Notes: generated from the letters alone by a model not told the origin. Numbered from the stretch's first letter, positions 7,511 through 15,086 are shown. The stretch is DNA of 20,000 bases from an uncultured virus (IMG/VR IMGVR_UViG_3300014208_001449) (IMGVR_UViG_3300014208_001449); one strand, 5' to 3'. Made by a program: numbers and translations.

Positions 7511-7741
7511 ATGCCAGTTCACGTTACCGTAGGCGACCTGAAGCGTGTGCTCGAAGGGGTACCCGACGACACCCCCGTCGTCGTACCCAGCACCGACCAT
7601 TCCTTCCGAAAGGTCCGTGCCTCCCTCCAGCAGATTGGCACCGACAACCGAGGGTACTACGGAGAAGTAGATCGTCGTTGCCCCAACGAAGGCTGGGGCG
7701 ACACCCCCTGCACCCTCCTCACCGCACTCGTCATCGAGTAG
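7511..7741 (+). CDS. conserved phage hypothetical protein (TVGDL...L...PDD.PV type)
   Basis: AGGAGG RBS; VTVGDLKRVLEGVPDDTPVVV is a common phage N-terminal pattern. Confidence 0.75.
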   Translation: MPVHVTVGDLKRVLEGVPDDTPVVVPSTDHSFRKVRASLQQIGTDNRGYYGEVDRRCPNEGWGDTPCTLLTALVIE

Positions 7742-7752
7742 GGAGACCCGCC

Positions 7753-8076
7753 ATGTTTACCAAGCGTACTCCCATCCCCGGCGTCGGGCTCCTGACCGAT
7801 ACGGAACGAGCCGTCCTCATCGCCGTCTACGGTGCCGCCACCGCCCCCAACCCCTACGTACACAACGGGGTGAACACCGGGAACGTTTCCGTCCGAGATG
7901 TCAGCGACGCCTGCCAGCAGGTCGGTATCACGGTCACCGAAACCTATGCCGCCATTGAACGGATGAGTGTAGGAGGCTGGTTCCTCACGCGAGAGCACGA
8001 CCCGAGGAAAGAGAACACCGTTCGCCTGCTGCCCAACGGTGCCGCACTGGCAACCCTCTTGATGACAGAAAGGTAG
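7753..8076 (+). CDS. putative winged-HTH DNA-binding protein
   Basis: GGGAG RBS; LTDTERAVL...VSVRDVS...TYAAIERMSVGGWF...VRLLPNG is MarR/wHTH-like. Confidence 0.65.
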   Translation: MFTKRTPIPGVGLLTDTERAVLIAVYGAATAPNPYVHNGVNTGNVSVRDVSDACQQVGITVTETYAAIERMSVGGWFLTREHDPRKENTVRLLPNGAALATLLMTER

Positions 8077-8100
8077 ATCCTGCAGTGCACACTTTTCCTG

Positions 8101-8295
8101 TTGCTGGTTGCCTTAGTTTTGGCTCTCTTCATGGGAGTCGGCGTGGGGATCAGCGTGGGGCCACAATCCGGCAAGTTCACGGGCTACGGCTTGTGGAAGT
8201 GCAAGCCTGGAGACACCAGGATGGCCTGCCCTCCTCATCAATCAACGACGAAGACAAGCCAAAGCTTCAACAGAATGCCCGAAACGGAGAACTGA
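8101..8295 (+). CDS. small membrane or secreted protein (start uncertain, possibly CTG 8080)
   Basis: Hydrophobic LFLLLVALVLALFMGVGVGISV followed by a polar tail; ends 3 nt before the next ATG. Confidence 0.5.
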   Translation: MLVALVLALFMGVGVGISVGPQSGKFTGYGLWKCKPGDTRMACPPHQSTTKTSQSFNRMPETEN

Positions 8296-8298
8296 ATC

Positions 8299-8601
8299 AT
8301 GGATAACGAACAGAGACTTTTCCTTGACCTGCCGGTTGTGCTCCGCGACAAAGGGCCCATGTGCACAGGCCTGTACCTCTGTGGTTCCGCTTTCAAGGGC
8401 GGGGAAACAGCCCACGGCAATCGGCTGTACTGCAACCATAGTGCAGAGGGCGTCTGCCTCGTGGCAGTGAAACGTCTAGGTCGAGTTTTCGAAACAGCCT
8501 GCCAGAGCACACCGGAAACTAATGAACAGCTCGGGCGTAGCGTGAGACGCATCCTGAAAACCGTCAAAGCCGCTGGCACGCACGAAGAGGAAAAAAACTA
8601 A
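8299..8601 (+). CDS. Cys-containing hypothetical protein
   Basis: GGAG RBS, ATG, 100 aa. Confidence 0.7.
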   Translation: MDNEQRLFLDLPVVLRDKGPMCTGLYLCGSAFKGGETAHGNRLYCNHSAEGVCLVAVKRLGRVFETACQSTPETNEQLGRSVRRILKTVKAAGTHEEEKN

Positions 8602-8676
8602 ACCTCGGTCGATTTTGCTTCCCTTCAATGGGAATCCAGAATATAAAGCCCCCAGAACGCCCAGAGGAATCCAACC

Positions 8677-8955
8677 TTGACCGACTGGTCCAACCCCCAC
8701 GAAAACAAAACCTGCACCTCATGGGGCCGCCGTGTCGGGATCCTCTTCCTCGAAGTGGTCAGACTGTCAGGCAACACCAGCTACGGGACTCGTATCTCTC
8801 TGGGACCGAGCCCTCTCCATCCAATTCCGTTTCTCAGTGGCTTGCGATACTTCATCTCGGGTGAATCCAAGGATACCCTAACAGAAGCTCAGGAAGCGGT
8901 CGAGAAGTGTGCCCGAGAAATCCTCTGGCAGGCAAACGTAGACTTGGGAGACTAA
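8677..8955 (+). CDS. domain A family paralog 1
   Basis: GAGG RBS, TTG start; W...RRVGILFLEV...TLTEAQEAVEKCAREIL...DL. Confidence 0.75.
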   Translation: MTDWSNPHENKTCTSWGRRVGILFLEVVRLSGNTSYGTRISLGPSPLHPIPFLSGLRYFISGESKDTLTEAQEAVEKCAREILWQANVDLGD

Positions 8956-8966
8956 AGGAAACAAAA

Positions 8967-9227
8967 ATGGCAAAGACCCAGTGGCACGACATAGAAGAGG
9001 ACGAGAGCTGCAGGCGTGTCGGTGGATTCATGCTCAAAGCCATGAAGGACCCTGAAGCCTCCGGTTGGTGGTCACACGTATGCTTGCCGCAAGTCATGGG
9101 AGAATTCAGAGCCGTAGCAACGAAGTACCCGCTCCCTTCCAAAGAGGTGGCTCAGGCGGCTTGTGAACAAATGGCCCGAGAGATGGCCCGGGATGTTCTG
9201 GACGACTTGAACGGTCAGGAGAGCTAA
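8967..9227 (+). CDS. domain A family paralog 2
   Basis: AAGGA RBS; MAKTQW...RRVGGFML...PSKEVAQAACEQMAR...DL. Confidence 0.8.
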   Translation: MAKTQWHDIEEDESCRRVGGFMLKAMKDPEASGWWSHVCLPQVMGEFRAVATKYPLPSKEVAQAACEQMAREMARDVLDDLNGQES

Positions 9228-9228
9228 C

Positions 9229-9528
9229 ATGGCAAAGACCACCTGGAACCGCACCATCGATGACGCTGCCAGTATCGGACGGGTAAAGTTCACTCGACGA
9301 GTCGGGGTTTTCCTGTTAGAAGTACAACAGATTGCCTATCGTCGAACCCCAGAATCACCCGAGATGTGGAGCTTTTCCGTGAGTCTAGACACTCTCAAGG
9401 CACATGCCAGCTTGATCACTGGCGGGATGGCCTTCGACACCGCCGAAGAGGCCCAGGATGCAAGCGATAGATTCGTAACGTCTATTCTGGAACATGCACT
9501 TGAACACCTGAAGGGAACCAAACCATGA
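9229..9528 (+). CDS. domain A family paralog 3
   Basis: MAKTTW...RRVGVFLLEV...DTAEEAQDASD...ALEHL. Confidence 0.8.
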   Translation: MAKTTWNRTIDDAASIGRVKFTRRVGVFLLEVQQIAYRRTPESPEMWSFSVSLDTLKAHASLITGGMAFDTAEEAQDASDRFVTSILEHALEHLKGTKP

Positions 9529-9785
9529 CCAAAAACCCCTGGCAGAAAGAGTTCACGCCCTACCCCTCGAATCGGTTTTACCGCCACGTCGGGCGTTTCA
9601 TTCTAGTGGTTGAATACTATCTCGGGGGAACTGGCTGGTGGGCCAAGGTACTCTTGAAGAATACCTTGGAGAACACCACGATCCACACGAAAAACCAGAT
9701 TCCCTCCCAAGAGGAAGCTCAGGCGGTCTGCGAGCAGATAGTCCGAGAGCTTGCCCAAGAGGCCCTGGACGGCTTGAACGAGTAG
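9525..9785 (+). CDS. domain A family paralog 4
   Basis: ATGA overlap; MTKNPW...RHVGRFILVV...PSQEEAQAVCEQIVR...ALDGL. Confidence 0.8.
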   Translation: MTKNPWQKEFTPYPSNRFYRHVGRFILVVEYYLGGTGWWAKVLLKNTLENTTIHTKNQIPSQEEAQAVCEQIVRELAQEALDGLNE

Positions 9786-9799
9786 GGAGGCGAACAGAG

Positions 9800-9985
9800 T
9801 CAACCGAAGAGGTTAGGATTGAACCCTGTGTCAATCCCGTCAAACTCTCCGTCTTTAGGTAGCATCTCTGTAAGACTCTCAATGCAACTCTCCAGGTACT
9901 TCCGGCGGTCGGGATCCGTCTCGTGCTCCAAGCGGGCTTTTATCACTCGGATTGTGTCGAGGTAGTTCTGGCTGTACAGCCGCAT
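9800..9985 (-). CDS. 61 aa hypothetical protein, opposite orientation to its neighbours
   Basis: GGGAGG RBS 9 nt before ATG 9985; MRLYSQNYLDTIRVIKARLEHETDPDRRKYLESC... Confidence 0.65.
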   Translation of the reverse strand: MRLYSQNYLDTIRVIKARLEHETDPDRRKYLESCIESLTEMLPKDGEFDGIDTGFNPNLFG

Positions 9986-10042
9986 CTGGGGGCGCCTCCC
10001 GAAGTGTGTCCCCACTTTACTCCCGCGAGCCTGAAAATTCAA

Positions 10043-10070
10043 GTTACAAAATGCCGCCGGATAGGGTATA
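10043..10070 (+). promoter_or_regulatory. SigB/SigF-like promoter GTTA-N17-GGGTAT
   Basis: GTTACA...GGGTATA with the same spacing as 4910 and 6345; upstream of ATG 10110. Confidence 0.5.
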
Positions 10071-10109
10071 GATACATACAGGCGGCCAAGTGGGAGAGAG
10101 GGTTGGAGC

Positions 10110-10349
10110 ATGGACGAAGAGCCTAGGTTCTGTAAAGACTGCCGATTCGTAGAAGCGGGATGGCAATTCCAAGACCGGCTTCGGGTAGCAGCACGACAGA
10201 GCAACCCTGGAAACCTTAGTTGGTGGGGTCCCTACTGCTACAAGCTTTGGCCTCATCCTGTTTTTGGGCCGGACTCCGAAATCGGAGCCTACTGCACAGT
10301 ACGCAATGCTCGTTTGGACTGCCCGAGTTTCGAAACAAAGGAGGAATAG
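10110..10349 (+). CDS. domain C Cys-rich protein
   Basis: FCKDCRF...PYCYK...YCTVRNARLDCPSFE. Confidence 0.75.
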   Translation: MDEEPRFCKDCRFVEAGWQFQDRLRVAARQSNPGNLSWWGPYCYKLWPHPVFGPDSEIGAYCTVRNARLDCPSFETKEE

Positions 10350-10352
10350 AAA

Positions 10353-10577
10353 ATGGTCTTCTGTAAGTCCTGCTGTTACATGCAGCCAAAACGCGCAGTT
10401 TTTGTTCCCAGTTCTCAGACTCCCTACGGGATGGAGCTTGGCTACGGCCCTGGGGAACCAGTCTGCCAAGCAGAGGGTTTCGTCGACCCTATCACAGAAC
10501 AGCCTGCCCAAATTGAGTGCCGTATAAGGAATCTGTTCTGCGACTGTCCAGACTTCAAACCTACAGAAGTGGGTTAG
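10353..10577 (+). CDS. domain C Cys-rich protein
   Basis: GGAGG RBS; FCKSCCY...PVCQA...ECRIRNLFCDCPDFK. Confidence 0.75.
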   Translation: MVFCKSCCYMQPKRAVFVPSSQTPYGMELGYGPGEPVCQAEGFVDPITEQPAQIECRIRNLFCDCPDFKPTEVG

Positions 10578-10581
10578 CTTC

Positions 10582-10701
10582 ATGAACGGGCTTTCTAGCG
10601 TCGTCTTGTTCGTAATCGTCACGGAGTGCCTTTTCTCCCGCGAAGAGGCTAAAAAGGCATCCCTGACGCTTACCTAAGCCAACCTGAAAGGAACACCGTA
10701 A
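10582..10701 (+). pseudogene. decayed domain A gene remnant
   Basis: Frame reads ...FSREEAKKASLTLT*ANLKGTP*, echoing the EEAQ motif and the HLKGTKP tail of paralog 3. Confidence 0.4.
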
Positions 10702-10703
10702 CC

Positions 10704-10955
10704 ATGGCACAAACCGATTGGCAGTCCACTATCACAGGAATCGACACCGTCCGGCTCGTAGGCCCCTACCGCCTGGGAACCTACAAGATGAACAAAGAGG
10801 GCCAGGACAAGTGGTTCGGAGCGGTGGAACACGTGGCTTCCGCTGGGATGCTTCACCTCAGCAACTACTACAATACGCAGGAAGAGGCTCAAAAGGATTG
10901 TGAGGACTACGTCAGGGCTCTCCTGGCCCAGGCCCTTGTGGAACTGGACGGGTGA
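10704..10955 (+). CDS. domain A family paralog 5
   Basis: MAQTDW...RLVGPYRL...NTQEEAQKDCEDYVRALLAQALVEL. Confidence 0.8.
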   Translation: MAQTDWQSTITGIDTVRLVGPYRLGTYKMNKEGQDKWFGAVEHVASAGMLHLSNYYNTQEEAQKDCEDYVRALLAQALVELDG

Positions 10956-10961
10956 GCAAAC

Positions 10962-11222
10962 ATGAAAACTGCTTGGCAACGGGACCGCAGTTCCCACAAC
11001 ATGAGCGACGAAGTTTGGATTCGCAGCGTGTTCCCTTTCTACCTTGAAGTCTTCTTTGTCCATGAAAATAAATGGGAAGGGAACGTTTCGGACGGGGCTC
11101 TGAAATATTCCGCCAAGACCCATCCGTCCAAAGAGGAAGCCCAAGCAGCCTGCGAAGCCCGCACTTGGGAGATAATCCGGCACATGGTCTTAGATTTAGG
11201 CGGAGAAGGAGCGGTGCTATGA
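10962..11222 (+). CDS. domain A family paralog 6
   Basis: MKTAW...RSVFPFYLEV...PSKEEAQAACEARTWEII...DL. Confidence 0.8.
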   Translation: MKTAWQRDRSSHNMSDEVWIRSVFPFYLEVFFVHENKWEGNVSDGALKYSAKTHPSKEEAQAACEARTWEIIRHMVLDLGGEGAVL

Positions 11223-11731
11223 GCAATGCTTCTGCTTCTGCTACTGCTTCGCAGTGGGTCGAGACGGTCTACGGTGCCTATCGCCGAAAGTTCGGGCCCA
11301 TCCACCTTGAGGTTCTGAGCCACCTCGCAGGGAATTGTTGGCTTACGGAGTTCGACACAAAGCAGTACCCCACTCGGGAAGAGGCTCAAAAAGCCTGCGA
11401 GGATTACGCAAAGGCTTCGGTACAGGAAATCTTGACCGACCTGGGGGATAACCAGCCTTCATCAACCCTAGTTGCAGCCAGATTTGCTTTCCTTGACCAA
11501 CCTGAAGCTATCACAGTCACGCTCCCTAAAGGGGCCTGTTTCATCCCCGACGCCCGTGGGTTCCCTACTGAAAAGTGCCCTTATATGCTCTCGGGTTCCT
11601 ATGGGGATGCTGACTTCTGCGGGCGCCTTGCCGGTTTTCCGGAACTGGTCGGGCCCGCTCCCGTAGAACCCTGCCCTCTGGGCGGAACAGAGCATCCTCT
11701 GACTTGGGAATTGAAAGGAACACAACCATGA
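11219..11731 (+). CDS. domain A + domain B fusion
   Basis: ATGA overlap; RRKFGPIHLEV...YPTREEAQKACEDY; VTLPKGAC...KCPYM...FC...CPL...LTWELK. Confidence 0.8.
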   Translation: MSNASASATASQWVETVYGAYRRKFGPIHLEVLSHLAGNCWLTEFDTKQYPTREEAQKACEDYAKASVQEILTDLGDNQPSSTLVAARFAFLDQPEAITVTLPKGACFIPDARGFPTEKCPYMLSGSYGDADFCGRLAGFPELVGPAPVEPCPLGGTEHPLTWELKGTQP

Positions 11732-12504
11732 AACAATGGCAACCGAAAAACCCAAACAACCCCCTTCACTTCATCCGGAAAGTCGGACCTTTCACCTTGG
11801 GAGTCGAATTCTACTCGGCTGAAAAAAGAGGCTGGGATACCGAGACAGGTTGGGACGTTCGAGTCACCGAAGGGGATAGTAAAAACAACTCCCTCGGGAT
11901 CTGTGGCCCCTATCCCTCACTGGAAGAAGCCCAGGTCGTAGCCGAGATGCTGGTGGATAACCGCTTGGGCTCCCTCCTGTCAGAAGCCGTGACCGGACAG
12001 GGAATGCCCTGGCAATCCACAGCATCGCAGAAGGACAAAACTCTTCCTGCCCACGTCAGAGAGGTTGGACCTTACCGGTTGGAAGTAGAACAGTACATGC
12101 ATCACTTCCCTCAAAGCAAAGCCCTGAGGTGGCGTGTTGTCAGTCCGCAGGTTCCGGGGTATCACTGGCCGATTCTAGAAAGACACGTTCCTGAGAAGGC
12201 TCAGGAGTTGGCGGAACAGGCAACACAGAAGCTCATTCAGTTGACCAGAATCGAACTCGGGTTCCAAGAGGGCATGACTATCCTTCTACCGCCAGGGTAT
12301 TGCAAAAGCACGAACCAGGGCATCGAAGTTCGTTGTCCCTTCCTTGTTTCCGTCGAGGAGTGTTTGGATTCCTGTGACCTGTCCAACAAAGAGGGCTACT
12401 GCGAGGGAGAGACTGAGGCTCTGGCTCAGCACTGCCCCCTACGGGAACCCGACGAAGAGATGGTCTGGGAACTCAAGAGAAAGAAAGGAACCCGTCATGC
12501 CTGA
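11728..12504 (+). CDS. domain A + A + B fusion
   Basis: RKVGPFTLGV...YPSLEEAQVVAE; REVGPYRLEV...EKAQELAE; LLPPGYC...RCPFL...SCDL...CPL...MVWELK. Confidence 0.8.
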   Translation: MKQWQPKNPNNPLHFIRKVGPFTLGVEFYSAEKRGWDTETGWDVRVTEGDSKNNSLGICGPYPSLEEAQVVAEMLVDNRLGSLLSEAVTGQGMPWQSTASQKDKTLPAHVREVGPYRLEVEQYMHHFPQSKALRWRVVSPQVPGYHWPILERHVPEKAQELAEQATQKLIQLTRIELGFQEGMTILLPPGYCKSTNQGIEVRCPFLVSVEECLDSCDLSNKEGYCEGETEALAQHCPLREPDEEMVWELKRKKGTRHA

Positions 12505-12874
12505 TAGCACCTTCAGGGATCTAACCATAGGGGTTCCCGATTGCTCCTGCGGAGCAAAGTGCCAGTGGGTTCAAAAGACCGGAGACAGCAAACAGGAAAT
12601 CATGTGGGACTGCCACCGACACGTCACTATCACGAATGGCGTGGAAACTGAAAAGCATCCCTGCCTCTACAAAGACTACACACAGGCAGAACGGCTGGCT
12701 ATCCTGGAAACCTTTGCCCGTAAGGCAGTCCCCGTTCTGATTCGAATGGCTCGGGTTACCTACCCTGAGAAACCTCACGACTGCGGCTGGCTCCCGCCCG
12801 AACTCCAAGAGGCCCTGGGTCTAGACCCGCTTCCCGAGGTAATGTTCAACGACTTCAGCGGGGATGAGAGATAA
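12497..12874 (+). CDS. Cys-containing hypothetical protein, 125 aa
   Basis: AAGGA RBS, ATG 12497 (MPDSTFRDL...CSCG). Confidence 0.7.
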   Translation: MPDSTFRDLTIGVPDCSCGAKCQWVQKTGDSKQEIMWDCHRHVTITNGVETEKHPCLYKDYTQAERLAILETFARKAVPVLIRMARVTYPEKPHDCGWLPPELQEALGLDPLPEVMFNDFSGDER

Positions 12875-12876
12875 TC

Positions 12877-13119
12877 ATGATTCCACACAGCGTGACTCTT
12901 TTCAAAGGGGCTTGTACAGACCCCACTACTAGGGCGCGGTGTCCTCACTTATACCCTGGCTACGACTACCAGAACGAAGTGGCAACTGAATTCTGCCTCC
13001 TGGCAGAAGAAGAAATCTACTGCCAAGGAATCAGATCCTTCAAGTGCCCTCTGGACCGACACGACCCCGACTGTGAACTGACTTGGGAACTGAAAACCAA
13101 GGAGTCGGATCATGACTGA
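12877..13119 (+). CDS. stand-alone domain B protein
   Basis: VTLFKGAC...RCPHL...FCLL...KCPLDRHDPDCELTWELK. Confidence 0.8.
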   Translation: MIPHSVTLFKGACTDPTTRARCPHLYPGYDYQNEVATEFCLLAEEEIYCQGIRSFKCPLDRHDPDCELTWELKTKESDHD

Positions 13120-13510
13120 GATGGACACCTCCGTTTGTGTGCCTGAGAAGAGGTGCAGAGGCTATCTCTCGTCAGCAGACAGCCGATGCCCTTTCCTCCA
13201 CCCTCTGCTTATCCCCTATGCCAAAGAACTGAACTTTGACGGACGTTTTGACTTGATCGACAGAACCTCTTCGCCAGAACTGTCGGAGTGGTTCGACAGT
13301 AAATGCGCTTTCACAGGACAAGAACTCACCGCTCACGATATGCGACCGGACAACTGCCCACTCGACCGGCATAATCCAGGCTGCGAGCTGACTTGGGAAC
13401 TCACGTCGTCCGAGGGAATCCAGAAGATCCTTCACACAGCCCGTCACTTGGAAGAATCCGTTGACAAGCTGTGTGCGATTCATGGCCTACCCAGGCCAAA
13501 TGCCGATTGA
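13112..13510 (+). CDS. domain B protein with insertion and C-terminal helix
   Basis: AGGAG RBS; RC...RCPFL...KCAF...NCPLDRHNPGCELTWEL. Confidence 0.8.
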   Translation: MTEMDTSVCVPEKRCRGYLSSADSRCPFLHPLLIPYAKELNFDGRFDLIDRTSSPELSEWFDSKCAFTGQELTAHDMRPDNCPLDRHNPGCELTWELTSSEGIQKILHTARHLEESVDKLCAIHGLPRPNAD

Positions 13511-13549
13511 CAAATAGCACCGCAGAGTGTTACAGATCAGCCGAGACTA

Positions 13550-13924
13550 ATGCCTTCCTTTGAAAGGATCCCCATGAATCTTGAAATCACCAGTCGCTTT
13601 TCTGACAAGGGCCGAACCCGCATCCACGCCGGTTTCGTTTCCGGTGAACGCCCCGACCCTGTCGAGACAGCCCTCAGGGTACCAACCCCTGACCCCAAAC
13701 CGGCTCGACCCCGTCGGAACAAGTGGGTCTACGGGGTACTGGCGGTTTTGGTCATGTTCGGCTTAGGGGTCTTAGGTCACAGGCTGAACTCCCGTATTCG
13801 TACCTGCGTAGAAACTCACTGTGTCCGGCCCTCGGACTCCCTTTCGACGGTTTCAGTTTGCATCTCTGCCTGTCGGGCTGCTGTTTTTGCGTCAGGCATC
13901 TGTGATACTTGCACCAAGGAGTGA
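13550..13924 (+). CDS. single-pass membrane protein with Cys-rich C-terminus (start may be 13574)
   Basis: TM segment WVYGVLAVLVMFGLGVLG; CxxxC and CxxC motifs. Confidence 0.65.
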   Translation: MPSFERIPMNLEITSRFSDKGRTRIHAGFVSGERPDPVETALRVPTPDPKPARPRRNKWVYGVLAVLVMFGLGVLGHRLNSRIRTCVETHCVRPSDSLSTVSVCISACRAAVFASGICDTCTKE

Positions 13925-13927
13925 ACC

Positions 13928-14557
13928 ATGAGGTCCACCGCAGAAGCCCTCCTGATCCGAGGGGCGTGGCTTTTCACCCAAGCTCTCGACTCAAGCCATG
14001 GCCCCATTCCGGCTTCTCGTAAGGCGGCACTGACCGAAGAGATCGAGGCATGGAAACTGGCCGTCCGAAACCTCACGGGCTCTGACCCCGCATTCAGGCA
14101 GGTAGCCTGCAAAGACTGTCAGCATCGACGCTGGTCAAGCAAGGAAGGGGATTGGGCAACGGGGCGGCCATTTTGCGTGATTGACCTGCAAAAACACGAC
14201 TGCATCGTCAAGAACCAGAACCTCGACTGTCCAGACTTTGCCCCTACGGCACCGGCAAAGAGCCTAGATACGAAGCCCCTGTTCGACGATCTAGCAATCA
14301 AGCCTGGAACGGCCTTGTGCCCTCTGCAGGATGGCCAGGGTTGTATCTCTTTTACCTCCAATGGGACAGGCGGATGCTTGGCCCAGTTGGAGATACCAAG
14401 ATACCACAAGGCACAGATCTGCTCCAAAGCCATTAGCAGGGCTCTGGCCGTTACGGAAGCCATTGCAAACGCCACCGACGATTGCTGCGGAATCCACTTC
14501 TACAAGACCGTCGTCGACGTCTTGCAGGCAAACCACTGTTTGCCAAAGGAGCCCTAG
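13928..14557 (+). CDS. Cys-rich protein containing domain C
   Basis: AGGAG RBS; ACKDCQH...PFCVI...DCIVKNQNLDCPDFAP plus a further Cys cluster. Confidence 0.75.
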   Translation: MRSTAEALLIRGAWLFTQALDSSHGPIPASRKAALTEEIEAWKLAVRNLTGSDPAFRQVACKDCQHRRWSSKEGDWATGRPFCVIDLQKHDCIVKNQNLDCPDFAPTAPAKSLDTKPLFDDLAIKPGTALCPLQDGQGCISFTSNGTGGCLAQLEIPRYHKAQICSKAISRALAVTEAIANATDDCCGIHFYKTVVDVLQANHCLPKEP

Positions 14558-14558
14558 C

Positions 14559-14816
14559 ATGACCGCCTCCTATCGAACCTGTCCAGGTGTTATTATCTGC
14601 CCCGAGTGCAAACAGTTGGTGAAAGCCACGCTGTATATCGACCAGTGGGGGATGAAGGTGGGCGGGGAGACAAAATGGCACTTCTGCCTTCCTGCGGACC
14701 CGCCTCCCTCGATTGCAAGTGCAGAACCCAAGAAGCCGAGCCGACTGGTTGGCTGGTTCAAGAACCTGTTTCGACGAAGTCGAGATCGAAGTCAAACCAA
14801 AGAGAAAGGCAAGTAA
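14559..14816 (+). CDS. small putative Zn-ribbon protein
   Basis: AGGAG RBS; CPEC...HFC. Confidence 0.65.
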   Translation: MTASYRTCPGVIICPECKQLVKATLYIDQWGMKVGGETKWHFCLPADPPPSIASAEPKKPSRLVGWFKNLFRRSRDRSQTKEKGK

Positions 14817-14817
14817 A

Positions 14818-15054
14818 ATGGAACAGTATTTCGTGCTCAGCCTCGGGCCTGACGGACCCCGCCTCGTAGCCATGGACAAGGCACTCCTTCTCAAACGCCT
14901 GGATGGTGACTTCTGGGGGACAGATCCGACGTTCTTGAACCACATTCCAGGAACGGCGATGGACCTGACGGAATACGAAGGCGTCATGATCATCAAGGGC
15001 ACGGTGGTCCAGCCTCGCACAAAGAAAGTTGTCGTTGCCCACGATATCGACTAG
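14818..15054 (+). CDS. hypothetical protein, 78 aa
   Basis: ATG 14818 just after the previous stop; MEQYFVL...MIIKGTVVQP. Confidence 0.7.
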   Translation: MEQYFVLSLGPDGPRLVAMDKALLLKRLDGDFWGTDPTFLNHIPGTAMDLTEYEGVMIIKGTVVQPRTKKVVVAHDID

Positions 15055-15086
15055 AGGGCTAGGGGGCTAAGGGGGAGGGTCCGTTT

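Noticed and set aside
11467..11487. LVAARF in the 11219 gene as another copy of the peptide tag
   Set aside because: No preceding KxA or basic residue; likely chance
13044..13403. Nucleotide similarity between two domain B ends as a DGR template/variable repeat pair
   Set aside because: Differences are mainly at synonymous positions and not adenine-specific; no reverse transcriptase in the window
13507..13537. TTGACA upstream of the 13550 gene as a sigma70 promoter
   Set aside because: No TAnnnT hexamer at 16-18 nt spacing
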